Shown here piece after piece: positions 52,697-62,240 of a stretch of DNA of 64,000 nucleotides. The notes under the pieces are model-generated. The model saw nothing but the letters and a program-made list of their open reading frames with translations. It searched no databases and was not told the DNA's origin. Every line of letters begins with the position of its first letter. Position 1 is the first letter of the stretch. The stretch comes from Gemmatimonadales bacterium (GTDB taxonomy: Bacteria; Gemmatimonadota; Gemmatimonadetes; Gemmatimonadales; GWC2-71-9): positions 2,750 through 66,749 of the forward strand of contig DASTDR010000331.1 of the NCBI GenBank assembly GCA_035710265.1, read 5' to 3'. The position numbers and the translations under genes were made by a program.

Positions 52697-54673
52697 ATGT
52701 TGTTGTACGCGCTACTGTCGCTAGTCATGGTGCAGCAGCCCACCAGCACCACCGCTCCACAACGAATCGCCAAAGTCGAAGTCCAGCCATCGGGCGGCGA
52801 AGTCCCGATCGGAGGCAAGCTCAAGTTCAGCGCGCGGGCCCTCGACGCGGCCGGCAACCCGGTGCCCGGTGCGCAGATCGGCTGGTTCGTCGGCGGCGAC
52901 ATCGGGAGTGTCGACTCGCTCGGCGAGTTCACGGGCGGCTATCAGGGATACGCGCGCGTGACGGCGGTCGGATACATCCCCGGTGACCAGCACAGCCAGG
53001 TGTTTGGCTCGTCGCTGGTGCACGTGCTGCCCGAGCCGGCTGCGCGGATCGTGCTCGATTCCCGTCCGACGCGCGTGGTCGCAGGATCGCGCCTGACGCT
53101 ATCGGGGACTGCGTTCTCACGCCACGGCGACAGGCGCTACGATCCGATCACATTCACGTCGAGTAATCCGCGCATTGCCAGTGTGACCGCTGACGGACGG
53201 CTGCGCGCGGTCGCGGCGGGCCGTGCGACGATTACGGCGACTTCCGGTCGCGCGACTGAAACGCTGCCGATCCAGGTTGTGGCCAACACGGTCGCGCGCG
53301 TGACGGTCGAGCCGGGCACGTCCAATGTGCGCACCGGCGATGTCGTGAAGTTCACCGCCGCCGCGCGCAACACGGCGGGCCGGCCGGTGGCCGATGTGGC
53401 CGTCGATTGGGCGGTGACGGCGGGGCCCGGCGTGTCGCTGATCGACGAGTCCGGCACGTTTGTCGCCGAGCTGCCCGGGACCTATACGGTCACGGCGTCG
53501 ATCGGCGGCAAGGCAGGCGATGCGGTGGTGCGAGTCGCGCCGCGCGAAGTAGGGCGCGGGATCGAAGTGCGCGGCCGTGTGCCGATCACGATGAGCACAG
53601 CGGAAGTGTGGCTGCATCCGACCGCCCCGTGCGCCTATCTCTCGACGATCGCCGACCGAGTGTATGCGATCGACATCAGCGACGTGACGAAACCAAAGAT
53701 CGTCGACTCGATGATGACCAACGCGCGCATCGTGAACGATGTGATGACGACCGAGGACGGGAAGTACGGCGTGTTCTCGCGCGAGGGCGCGTCCGATCGC
53801 AAGAACGGAATCGTCGTATTCGATGCGAGCAACCCGTGCCACCCGAAGCCCGTCTCCGAGTACACGCAGACGGTCTCCGGCGGCGTGCACAGCTCCTACG
53901 TCTATAAGGGCCACGCGTACATCACGGACGATGCGACCGGCTCGATGCGGATCATCGACATTCAGGATCCGCAGCATCCCAAGGAGGTCGCGCGCTGGCA
54001 GACCGAGCAGTCCGAAGCGGGTCGCTACCTGCACGACGTGATGGTGGTCGATGGACTCGCCTATCTCGCGTACTGGAACGACGGGCTGATCATCCTCGAC
54101 GTTGGAAATGGGATGAAGGGGGGCAGTCCCACCAATCCGCAGCTCGTATCACAGCTCAAGTACGACTTGAATGCGGTCTACGCGCGGGTCTCACAGCTGT
54201 GGGGACCGGGCTTCGTGCGCGGCACCCATACCGCCTGGCGGCAGGGCAAGTATGTGTTCGTCGGCGACGAGGTATACGCCGGGCGTCCGTACAAGGGACT
54301 GCAGGACGGGAATAACCTGACGTTCGGGCGGCTGCACGTCATCGACGTGTCCGACATCAGGAATCCCAAGGAGGTCGCCTGGTATGAGCCGACGGACGGC
54401 GGCGTGCATAACGTCTGGGTCGTGGGCGATACGCTGTATCTGGGCAACTACCAGGGGGGCGCGCGCGCGCTCGACGTGTCCGGCGAGCTGAAGGGCGATC
54501 TGCTGCGTCAGGGACGGGAAATGAGCTGGATTCTGACGGTCGACTCACTCGGACATCGGCGTGCGCCGTTTGCCTGGGGCGCTGTCGTGAAGGACGGGAA
54601 CATCTTTGTCCCGGATATCAATACAGGCCTTTGGATTCTGAGGCTGGAGCCGAAGCAACAGGCAACACCCTAA
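52697..54673 (+). CDS. secreted protein with Big_2 Ig-like domains and an LVIVD-repeat beta-propeller
   Basis: 658 aa. It has three Ig-like Big_2-type units (..RVTAVG.., ..ATITATSG.., ..YTVTASIG..). LVIVD-type blades follow (..RVYAIDISD.., ..SMRIIDIQD.., ..GLIILDVGN.., ..RLHVIDVSD.., ..GARALDVSG..). Confidence 0.85.
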   Translation: MLLYALLSLVMVQQPTSTTAPQRIAKVEVQPSGGEVPIGGKLKFSARALDAAGNPVPGAQIGWFVGGDIGSVDSLGEFTGGYQGYARVTAVGYIPGDQHSQVFGSSLVHVLPEPAARIVLDSRPTRVVAGSRLTLSGTAFSRHGDRRYDPITFTSSNPRIASVTADGRLRAVAAGRATITATSGRATETLPIQVVANTVARVTVEPGTSNVRTGDVVKFTAAARNTAGRPVADVAVDWAVTAGPGVSLIDESGTFVAELPGTYTVTASIGGKAGDAVVRVAPREVGRGIEVRGRVPITMSTAEVWLHPTAPCAYLSTIADRVYAIDISDVTKPKIVDSMMTNARIVNDVMTTEDGKYGVFSREGASDRKNGIVVFDASNPCHPKPVSEYTQTVSGGVHSSYVYKGHAYITDDATGSMRIIDIQDPQHPKEVARWQTEQSEAGRYLHDVMVVDGLAYLAYWNDGLIILDVGNGMKGGSPTNPQLVSQLKYDLNAVYARVSQLWGPGFVRGTHTAWRQGKYVFVGDEVYAGRPYKGLQDGNNLTFGRLHVIDVSDIRNPKEVAWYEPTDGGVHNVWVVGDTLYLGNYQGGARALDVSGELKGDLLRQGREMSWILTVDSLGHRRAPFAWGAVVKDGNIFVPDINTGLWILRLEPKQQATP

Positions 54674-54677
54674 GAGG

Positions 54678-54760
54678 CCAGTTCCAAGACGGCGAAGTGG
54701 CCACAAGCTAACAGCTTGAAGCTATTAGACTTGTGACCACTTCGCCGTCTGTGCAACTGG
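54678..54760. repeat. 83-nt near-perfect palindrome between convergent genes
   Basis: The arm at 54687-54707 pairs with the arm at 54730-54750: 21 bp with one C:A mismatch, which is G:U on the - strand RNA. The outer CCAGTT (54678-54683) pairs with AACTGG (54755-54760). The apical part contains the palindrome AGCTTGAAGCT. There is no U tract on either side. Confidence 0.7.
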
Positions 54761-54770
54761 CGTCTTGGTC

Positions 54771-55349
54771 CTACTGCTGACTTACTGTCTTGGTACTGTC
54801 GGGCTTATTAAGAGCTGCCTGAGCGTTCCGGAACGCCAACAGCGCGTCATCGTAGCTCTTCAGCTTTGCCGTGAGGTTGGTGGTCACCGTCGCCGGATCT
54901 CGCCCCGCCGTCTTCTCACAAGCCGACGCCGCGTTCGAAAGGGAATCGAGTCGCGTGGTGACCTGCTTGGCCAGGATGCGCAGCGAGTCGCTATAAGCCG
55001 CAGACTGCATCTTCGGTCGGCCGCTCGCGATGAAGGACCGTCCGCTGCCGCACAACCCGCCGAGTCGCTTGGCGGCGCGCGTACGGGTAACGGAATCAGC
55101 CGACGCCGTTCGAACGACGCGGTTCAGCCCGTCACGAATCTGCGCGATGCCGCGCGTGGCAGTCTTCAGCCCCTCCATGTACCGGATCTGCTCGATCGTG
55201 GGCTCCGGTGGTGGCGGAGGCGGGGTAGGCGTGGGTGCGACCGGAGCCGCTGGAACAGGGACTGGCACCGGCGGCACGGTGTCCCGGTTCGTCACCGTAT
55301 CCTGCCGCATGGTCACTGCGGTGATCACCATCACGAATCCGACAAGCAT
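54771..55349 (-). CDS. membrane-anchored Pro-rich hypothetical protein
   Basis: The ATG at 55349 gives the TM helix MLVGFVMVITAVTM. This is followed by PPVPVPVPAAPVAPTPTPPPPPPEP and a helical C-domain. Confidence 0.6.
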   Translation of the reverse strand: MLVGFVMVITAVTMRQDTVTNRDTVPPVPVPVPAAPVAPTPTPPPPPPEPTIEQIRYMEGLKTATRGIAQIRDGLNRVVRTASADSVTRTRAAKRLGGLCGSGRSFIASGRPKMQSAAYSDSLRILAKQVTTRLDSLSNAASACEKTAGRDPATVTTNLTAKLKSYDDALLAFRNAQAALNKPDSTKTVSQQ

Positions 55350-55399
55350 CACAAACAGCTCCTCTAACAGTTGAAATCCTGCTCGGTTATTATCCCCGG

Positions 55400-56020
55400 A
55401 TGGCCGTTCCCGCAACATCCCGCATCACGCGGACATTCGAGGATCGTGCCGACGCGCTTGCCCATTTCTTTCAGCGCGCCGGTGAAGCGCCGCGTCTGAT
55501 CGCGTACGACGACGCGGTCGGTCTGCCGCTCGACCAGGCGCTCGCGGCGCTCGAGTGGACCGCGCAGATCGGCATTCTTGCCGCGGAAGACCTCGTGCAT
55601 GCGGCACGCCTCGGTCCGGATTCTGCCGCGATTGTCGTCGAGCGTCGCGAAGGCGACAACCGCGTGTTCGTTTATTTCGGTCCGCGCATGGATGCGCCAC
55701 CCGCAGACCCATACGAAGGTACCCTGCTCTATGATGAGCCGGGAGTCCGTTCGTACATTTTCGCCGAACGGGGCCATTCGATCGCGCATTTCCTGCGCGC
55801 CACGCACGGACTCGGCGCGGCATTGAGTCTGTTGTCACGCCGCGCGCCTGAGCTGCGTCACATTCGCCGCTGGACCCAGGTGCTGTTCAGCGAACCAGCC
55901 GTCGGACGTTCGACACAACTGCTCGCCGGGTGGTTTGCGACGAGCGGAGCCGGGTTCTTGTTCGTTCCCGCGTCGGCAGACGAGCCGTATACCTACTTCG
56001 AGGTGGCTAACGAAGGGTAA
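55400..56020 (+). CDS. hypothetical protein (206 aa)
   Basis: Codon third-position GC and amino-acid composition look coding on the + strand. The opposite-strand ORFs are Arg/Cys-rich. No family was recognised. Confidence 0.6.
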   Translation: MAVPATSRITRTFEDRADALAHFFQRAGEAPRLIAYDDAVGLPLDQALAALEWTAQIGILAAEDLVHAARLGPDSAAIVVERREGDNRVFVYFGPRMDAPPADPYEGTLLYDEPGVRSYIFAERGHSIAHFLRATHGLGAALSLLSRRAPELRHIRRWTQVLFSEPAVGRSTQLLAGWFATSGAGFLFVPASADEPYTYFEVANEG

Positions 56021-56581
56021 ATACCCCAATGTGGGAACGTGCGCGCTGTGGATTCACAACTCCACATCGTGTGGATGAAGTCGGGAACAGCTTGAAGCTT
56101 TGCGTTTTACTCTCCACAATCGATGCACATCGAAGTGAGCTAACCCGAAGAAACATCGGCACTTGCGCGGTTTTTTACTGGCCCTATATTGTTCCCACGC
56201 GGCTTGGAGGGAAGGGTTGGGACCTGGCGTCTCAACAACGCCTTCAAGACGGGTCCGAACGGAAATTCCGGGGAGGGCGCCGATGCAACCAAGGGCTCAG
56301 GCGCTCGTTGATCCGGGAGTAAACTCACCGGGTCGGACAGCTGGGGCCAGTCGCGTTGCCCTAGCCACGTCGAAATGGTGCCTCGACGTGCAGTGCGGAG
56401 GATCGGTCCGCGACCCGATCTGACCCGTAGCACCCACATTGGTGAACTGGGCGACCCGACGGGGTTGCCTAGGGATGGAAGCCGGAGCCCCTGATTGCCC
56501 TACCGAGGACGAAACAGTCCATAGGTGGCGACGGGGAGAAGAACGAAGGGCGCAAGCCCTCGACTCCGGGTAGCCAATGTG

Positions 56582-56634
56582 TCGGAGCCCCCGGGCGCGC
56601 CTATTGAGCCGACCCGGGGGCTTCGTCTTTTCTG
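56582..56634 (+). terminator. + strand intrinsic-terminator-like hairpin overlapping the 3' end of the convergent amidohydrolase gene
   Basis: 56582-56594 pairs with 56612-56624 (13 bp including one G:U), followed by UCUUUUCUGU. There is no U tract in the - strand orientation. Confidence 0.5.
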
Positions 56635-58268
56635 TACACCGGTCTGCCGCTCAACATCGTCATCAGGACCTGCGCCCGCAGCATCTCTTCCGGAGCCGCC
56701 GTCATGATGTCCCGATCCAGCACGACGAAATCGGCGTACTTCCCCGCGGTGAGCGAACCGCTCTCGTTCTCCATGAACGCCGCATACGCCGGCCACAACG
56801 TGATGGACAACAGGGCTTCCTGACGCGTCGTCCGCTGCTCCGGCATCCAACCGCCCGCCGGGAAGTTCTCCGCATCCTGCCTGGTCACGAACGAGTGAAA
56901 CGAGATCAGCGGGTTCACCGCCTCGACAGGAAAGTCAGATCCATTGGGAATCACGACACCGGTGTTCAGCAGCGACCGCCAGGCGTACGCCCCTTTCGAG
57001 CGAGACTGGCCGAGCCGGGCAGGGACCCAGTACATGTCGCTGGTTTGATGGCTGCCCTGCATCGAGGGGATCACATCGAGCGCTGCAAACCGCGGGATAT
57101 CCTGATCGTGGAGAATCTGCGCATGCTCGATCCGGAACCTGTGATCCGCCGTCGGGACCTCGCGGAGCGCCGCCTCGAATTGATCGAGCACAATGCGGTT
57201 CGCCCGGTCCCCGATGGCGTGCACGTTCAGCTGAAAACCCGAGTGCAGCGCTCGGGCGGCGACGGCCCTGATCCGCTCCGGCGGCTGCGTGATCAGCCCG
57301 GTATTTCCGGCATCGTCGCTATACGGCTCGAGCAGTGCCGCCCCGCGGCTGCCGAGCGCCCCGTCCGCCGTGATCTTGATGGACCGAATCCAGAGTCGGC
57401 CGTCGTACAAGGCCTTCTGCGGGCCGCGCCGCATGAACGCATCGAGCACGGAGTCACTCGCGCGAATCATGACGTAGTTCCGCAGGTTGTATCGCCCCTC
57501 CTTTGCCAGCGCTTCGTATACCGCAATCCCCTCGGCGCCGACGCCGGCGTCGTGAATGCCCGTCAAACCCCAGCGGTTGGCCTCGGCAATCGCCGCGAGC
57601 GTCTGGTCGCGCAGCTCGGCGCGCGAGGGGGCGGGAATCACTCGACCGACGACGCCCTGCGCATTGTCCACCAGCACACCGGTCGGATTGCCGGCGGAGT
57701 CCCGGATCAAGCGGCCCCCGCTCGGATCTGGCGTCGACGCGGAGACCTGGGCCAGCTCGAGGGCTTTGGCGTTGACGAGCGCGGCGTGACCGTCGACCCT
57801 CGTCAGATAGACGGGATTGTTCGGCACGGCGCGCGACAACGCCGCATGGGTGGGGAAGCGCGTATCAGCCCAGTCGTTTTGATCCCAACCTCTCCCTCGA
57901 ATCCACTCTCCGGGCCTCGCGCTCTTCGCGCCCTCCGCCACCCGCGCGATCACCTCGTCGAACGATCGCGTCCCCACCAGGTCGACCGTGCGTAACGCCT
58001 GTCCCAGTCCCAGCAGGTGTGCGTGGGCATCGACCATTCCGGCGATCACCGTCTTGCCGGTGAGGTCGAGCCGCTCCGTGCGGGGTCCCGCGAGCGCGAG
58101 CGCGCCGCGATTGCTGCCGACGTACGCGATGCGGCCGGACCGGACCGCGAGCGCTTGGGCCACCGGACGGTTCACATCCGACGTGTAGATGCGGGCGTTC
58201 GTGACGATGAGATCGGCGGGGGCGGGGGCGGGGGCCTGCTGCAGGGTCAGTGCGAGCAACAGCATCAT
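56601..58268 (-). CDS. metal-dependent amidohydrolase (Amidohydro_3-like), secreted
   Basis: 555 aa with a signal peptide MMLLLALTLQQAPAPAPA. Motifs are ..VIAGMVDAHAHL.., ..LNVHAIGD.. and ..GSDFPVE... Confidence 0.88.
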   Translation of the reverse strand: MMLLLALTLQQAPAPAPADLIVTNARIYTSDVNRPVAQALAVRSGRIAYVGSNRGALALAGPRTERLDLTGKTVIAGMVDAHAHLLGLGQALRTVDLVGTRSFDEVIARVAEGAKSARPGEWIRGRGWDQNDWADTRFPTHAALSRAVPNNPVYLTRVDGHAALVNAKALELAQVSASTPDPSGGRLIRDSAGNPTGVLVDNAQGVVGRVIPAPSRAELRDQTLAAIAEANRWGLTGIHDAGVGAEGIAVYEALAKEGRYNLRNYVMIRASDSVLDAFMRRGPQKALYDGRLWIRSIKITADGALGSRGAALLEPYSDDAGNTGLITQPPERIRAVAARALHSGFQLNVHAIGDRANRIVLDQFEAALREVPTADHRFRIEHAQILHDQDIPRFAALDVIPSMQGSHQTSDMYWVPARLGQSRSKGAYAWRSLLNTGVVIPNGSDFPVEAVNPLISFHSFVTRQDAENFPAGGWMPEQRTTRQEALLSITLWPAYAAFMENESGSLTAGKYADFVVLDRDIMTAAPEEMLRAQVLMTMLSGRPVYRKDEAPGSAQ

Positions 58269-59554
58269 GAGTGGAGTCTCGGGAGGTTGGTGTCGATTTC
58301 GTGTGTTTTGTGAAACGGCACCCGCGGGCCGCGAATCGGCACGAGGTGCGCGATCGAGTTGGCATAAAACTCGAGCAGCGGGCGCCCCTTCGGCAAGACG
58401 ACCAGCGTCTGACCGTCCGCGACGACGAGGCGCCGCATGCGCAGCATGCGCCAGGCCCGGTCCCAGATCTCGGCGATACGGGCGCCGCCGCGCACGACCT
58501 TGCCGTTGACCTCCTGCAGCCGGTCGCGCAGCTGGTCCATGCGCTCGAGCAGCGCCTCCTGCGTGATGACGGTTTGCCCGAAAGACAGGAGCGCCGCGGC
58601 CGCGAGCGGCACGGGCGTCACCGGGACGATCGCGCCGATGCGCGCGAGCATGTTGCGCGCGAGGTGCTCGAGCTCACGGAGCCTGCGCTCTTTGGGAAGG
58701 CTCAACGGGTTGTCTGGCGTACTGCGAACCCACTCGCGGAGCGAGAGCGGAGTGCCGAAGTTGACCGCGACCCGTCCGTACCGTTTCAATCTGCCCGTCA
58801 GCAGCCGTACGGTGTTGCTGGCGAGATAGGACAGGACCGTGCCGAGCTGCGACAGTCGGGCAGGGCGGTCCTGCTGATCGATGAGCTCGCGAATCAGCGA
58901 GCGGTCTTCGAGCACGCGGTCGTAGTTGAGCGCGACGGGCACGAGCCAGATGTCGCGGTCGAATTCCGGATCGAGCAGCGTGCGGCAGATGTAATCGAGC
59001 AGCCCGAGCTTGGGAGGGCGCAGCTTGCCGTCGCGGGACAGCCCCCCTTCGGGAAAGATCCCCTGGGTCACGCCGTTGCGCGTAATGAGCTGGACGTACC
59101 GCTCCAGCACGGTGTGGTAGAGCGGCTCGCGGAATTTTCGCCGAATGAAATAGGCACCGAAGTTCTTGAACACGTACTCGAGCGGCCAGGCGCGCGCCCA
59201 TTCACCAACGGCGTAGCTCACGTGCACGCCGCGCGCGAGCACGTACGCGACGACGATGTAGTCGGCGTTGGACCGGTGATTCATCAGGTACACGACGACG
59301 TCGCGCTTGGGGATGCGCTCGAGCGCGGGCTCGTCCTGATAGTCGACGCTCACCTTGTAGAGCAGGTTGACCAGCACCTTGGCGACGTTGTAGCCCAGCT
59401 TGTAGTACGAGAGCACGTTGAAATGCGGGATGATCTCGTCGAGGTATTTGCGCACCAGCCGCCGCACGGCGTTCTCGTCGAGGCCGTGCTCGGCCATGTG
59501 CGCGTGAACGGCGGCGGTAATGGCCGGGTCGTCCGCCAGTGCCCGGCGCGCCAA
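58265..59554 (-). CDS. PlsB-like glycerol-3-phosphate / lysophospholipid acyltransferase
   Basis: It has the H(x)4D acyltransferase motif (MNHRSNADY) and ..FPEGGLSRDG... I assign the start to TTG at 59554, the first start downstream of the htpX stop. ATG at 59497 is an alternative. Confidence 0.8.
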   Translation of the reverse strand: MARRALADDPAITAAVHAHMAEHGLDENAVRRLVRKYLDEIIPHFNVLSYYKLGYNVAKVLVNLLYKVSVDYQDEPALERIPKRDVVVYLMNHRSNADYIVVAYVLARGVHVSYAVGEWARAWPLEYVFKNFGAYFIRRKFREPLYHTVLERYVQLITRNGVTQGIFPEGGLSRDGKLRPPKLGLLDYICRTLLDPEFDRDIWLVPVALNYDRVLEDRSLIRELIDQQDRPARLSQLGTVLSYLASNTVRLLTGRLKRYGRVAVNFGTPLSLREWVRSTPDNPLSLPKERRLRELEHLARNMLARIGAIVPVTPVPLAAAALLSFGQTVITQEALLERMDQLRDRLQEVNGKVVRGGARIAEIWDRAWRMLRMRRLVVADGQTLVVLPKGRPLLEFYANSIAHLVPIRGPRVPFHKTHEIDTNLPRLHS

Positions 59555-59580
59555 CCGGGGTTCCTGCTTCTTGTAGCGGC

Positions 59581-60597
59581 TTAAGCGAGCGCGGAGCTCG
59601 TGAATGAGCCTCCCTCCTTCTTGAGCTGCGCATACCCCATCCCTTTGAGTCTGGAGATGCGCATGCTCATCGGAGGATGCGTTGCCAGGCGGTCCGCCAG
59701 CCAGCCCTCGCTGTTGGTCAGCCGGTGCCCGAGCGGGTCTACGATACAGAGGTGCGCGGCACCCCGCTTGATCACAGCCGTCGGCGCGGCTGCGGCTTCG
59801 ATTTTTTCCAGGGCGCTCGCGAGCGCGAGCGGATTGCGCGTGAACTGCGCACTCATCGCATCCGCCAGGTACTCGCGCCCCCGGCTCACCGCCAGCGTGA
59901 GCAGCCGGCTCACGAGCGGCGCCACGATCCACGATACGAGCCACAGCACGAGCAGAATCGCGATCAGCGGGCCCGCGTTTTTCGACTTGCTCCGGCCACC
60001 CCCCCGCGCCGGGAAGGAGCCCATCCGCATCATTCGGCCGACGCCGTCGCGCACCAGCAGAATCGCTCCCACCAGCGCGGCCAGAGTCGTCATCAGGCGT
60101 ACGTCGAGGTTTTTCACGTGTCCGAGCTCGTGACCGATCACCGCCTGGAGCTCGTCGCGCGTGCAGATCCGCAATAACCCTCGCGTCACCGCCACGTGCG
60201 CGTCGCTGGGATCATGCCCCGTCGCGAACGCATTCGGATCGTCGTCCGGAATGACCCAGACGCGCGGCCGTGGGACCCCCGCCGCGATGGCCATCTCGTC
60301 GACCACGTTCGCGAGCTGACGTTCGCCGTCCGTTTGCGGAGTCTGCAATTCCTCGGCCCCGGTCGCCCACAGCACTTTGTCCGGGCCGGTCTTGTAGATC
60401 CAGCGGGCGAGGATGATCGCGGCCACGGTGACCGACACGCCGAGCCACGGGAATGGATGCTGGCCTTCCAGCGCCCAGATGATGTCGGCGCCAAAGCCCA
60501 GCCAGGCGAAAAACGCCACGAAGCCAATCACCAGCCAGGTCGTGCGCCGGCGATTGGCTTCCTGTTTTTGAAAGAGATTACCGTCTGGAGAGGTCAA
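59581..60597 (-). CDS. htpX: M48-family zinc metalloprotease (HtpX-like)
   Basis: It has the HEXXH motif (IGHELGHVKN), several TM helices and a TTG start at 60597 that overlaps the end of lemA by 20 nt. Confidence 0.88.
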   Translation of the reverse strand: MTSPDGNLFQKQEANRRRTTWLVIGFVAFFAWLGFGADIIWALEGQHPFPWLGVSVTVAAIILARWIYKTGPDKVLWATGAEELQTPQTDGERQLANVVDEMAIAAGVPRPRVWVIPDDDPNAFATGHDPSDAHVAVTRGLLRICTRDELQAVIGHELGHVKNLDVRLMTTLAALVGAILLVRDGVGRMMRMGSFPARGGGRSKSKNAGPLIAILLVLWLVSWIVAPLVSRLLTLAVSRGREYLADAMSAQFTRNPLALASALEKIEAAAAPTAVIKRGAAHLCIVDPLGHRLTNSEGWLADRLATHPPMSMRISRLKGMGYAQLKKEGGSFTSSALA

Positions 60598-61147
60598 CCT
60601 GCGGCACCACGCGTTCGGCTTGATCCTCGATTTCCCACAGGTCCGTTGGGGACGCATGGGCGACACCGGCCACGAGCGACGTGGGGAACTGCTGCTGCTT
60701 GGTGTTGTACTGCGTCGCGGTGTCGTTGTAGTGCTGCCGGGCGAACGCAATCCGGTTTTCCGTCGACGTCAGCTCTTCCTGCAGCTGGCCGATGTTGCCC
60801 GTCGCCTTGAGCTGCGGATAGCGCTCCACCGTCACGAGCAGGCGGGACAACGCGCCCGACAGGGCGTTCTCGGCCTGGCTGATCTGCTTCATGCCCTCGG
60901 GACCTGTCGCGTTCACTTTCACCGCCTGGTTGCGCGCCTGAATCACGGCCTCGAGCGTGGAGCGCTCGAAGTCCATCGCGCCTTTGACGGCATTGACGAG
61001 ATTCGGGATCAGATCGTGGCGGCGCTTCAGCTGCACGTCGATCTGCTTGAACGCATTGACCGTCTGATTCTTGAGCGAAATCAGGCCGTTGTACGCGCCG
61101 ATCATCCAAAGCGCGGCGACCACGACGACTACCAGCAGCACCCACAT
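60578..61147 (-). CDS. lemA: LemA family membrane protein
   Basis: The ATG at 61147 gives MWVLLVVVVVAALWMIGAYNGLISLKNQTVNAFKQIDVQLKRRHDLIPNLV.., a canonical LemA sequence. Confidence 0.9.
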   Translation of the reverse strand: MWVLLVVVVVAALWMIGAYNGLISLKNQTVNAFKQIDVQLKRRHDLIPNLVNAVKGAMDFERSTLEAVIQARNQAVKVNATGPEGMKQISQAENALSGALSRLLVTVERYPQLKATGNIGQLQEELTSTENRIAFARQHYNDTATQYNTKQQQFPTSLVAGVAHASPTDLWEIEDQAERVVPQVDLSRR

Positions 61148-61182
61148 CTTCAGGACTCCGTGTTGGAGATGGTACTGATGTA

Positions 61183-61827
61183 TTACGTACCGTGCGGCAG
61201 GAGTTTCGTGATGGCCTGGCGAATCGTCTCGGCGAGGCCGCCGCCGGCGGCGTCGGAACCGAGGCGCGCCAGGGGATGGTCGGCGTCGACGTGCAGCTCG
61301 ACGCCGCGCGACACGGGAATGCGGCGCCAGGTCGTGGGCCCGCTCGTTTCCTTGACCGCATCCCGCGTCAGCCACGCCGTGAGCGCGCGCCCCGACCGGC
61401 CGCGCGGCATGCCCTCGACGCCTTTGAGCGGCAGCCGGTCGGGGGCCGGCAGGGACGCGCCCAGCACCTGCGCGCAGCGCCGCTCGAGTACGTCGCCGGT
61501 CTGCTCGTGCATGTCTTTCGTGATGGCGGCGAGCGTGGCGCCCTCCATCTGGCGCAGCTTGATCGCGAGCAGCTGGAGGAAGTGCCGGTAGGAGTACGTC
61601 GCCGCGGTGCCGCGCCCTTCCGGCGGGCTCACCAGTCCGCGCGTGACGTAAAATCGGATCGTGCGCTCGCTCGGCGCAGCGCGCGCGGCGGCATTGATCG
61701 GCGTCACGGCAGAGGCGTCGAGTACCGCGCCGACCAGCACCGAAAGGTCGCGAAGATTCCAGGGCGCGAGGTTCCGGTACTCGCGCAGCACGTGCAGCGG
61801 ATCGGCGTGGGCGACCGTGGTCGTCAT
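61183..61827 (-). CDS. MerR-like HTH protein with an uncharacterised C-terminal domain
   Basis: 214 aa. The HTH is ..SERTIRFYVTRGLVSPPEGRG..YSYRHFLQLLAIKLRQ... It is joined to the upstream receiver gene by an ATGA overlap. Confidence 0.7.
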   Translation of the reverse strand: MTTTVAHADPLHVLREYRNLAPWNLRDLSVLVGAVLDASAVTPINAAARAAPSERTIRFYVTRGLVSPPEGRGTAATYSYRHFLQLLAIKLRQMEGATLAAITKDMHEQTGDVLERRCAQVLGASLPAPDRLPLKGVEGMPRGRSGRALTAWLTRDAVKETSGPTTWRRIPVSRGVELHVDADHPLARLGSDAAGGGLAETIRQAITKLLPHGT

Positions 61828-62240
61828 GCGTCCATCGCCCCCGACGAGCGATTGCTTTGAATCACGAGCGCCACCCAGTCCGCCACCTGTTGGAGATTGA
61901 ACGGCTTGCGGAGCACGACACAGCGGTGATGCTCGAGCCAGGTACGCACCTCTTCGGCTTCGGCGTCACCGGTCATAATGGCGACTCGTCCTTCCAGCCG
62001 CGGCCAGCGGTGCACGATCGCGAGGTACAAGGCGAGTCCGGACATCGTGGGCAGCTGAATGTCGAGCAGCAGCGCGTCCGCTTGCTCGGTGCTCAGGAGC
62101 TCGTAGGCCGCTTCGGCCGTCCCGGCGGTGAGCACGCGGAAGCCGCTGCGCTCGAGGTACCGCTCGAGCACACGGCGCAGGCCTGCCTCATCATCGACGA
62201 TCAGAATCGTCGACGGCTGGCGCGGCGGTGCGGTCATCAT
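61824..62240 (-). CDS. stand-alone response-regulator receiver domain protein
   Basis: The ATG at 62240 gives ..ILIVDDEAGLRRVL...ALLLDIQLPTMSG...VLRKPF... Confidence 0.85.
   Translation of the reverse strand: MMTAPPRQPSTILIVDDEAGLRRVLERYLERSGFRVLTAGTAEAAYELLSTEQADALLLDIQLPTMSGLALYLAIVHRWPRLEGRVAIMTGDAEAEEVRTWLEHHRCVVLRKPFNLQQVADWVALVIQSNRSSGAMDA

Noticed and set aside
56021-56600. RNase P RNA, tmRNA, SRP RNA, tRNA or group II intron in the orphan gap
   Set aside because: GAGGACGAAACAGUCCAUAGG (about 56510-56530) superficially recalls the RNase P P4 region (GAGGAAAGUCCGGGCUCCAUAGG). But the complementary ACAGAANCCGGCUUA strand is absent and the position within the putative RNA is wrong. I found no tmRNA acceptor or T-arm, no ..ALAA-type tag frame, no SRP GGAA/AGCA motif, and the gap is too short for a group II intron.
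56577-59584. + strand ORFs 56577..57995 and 58271..59584 opposite the amidohydrolase and acyltransferase genes
   Set aside because: The minus-strand products have clear catalytic motifs (HAH metal site; H(x)4D). The + strand frames are low-complexity.
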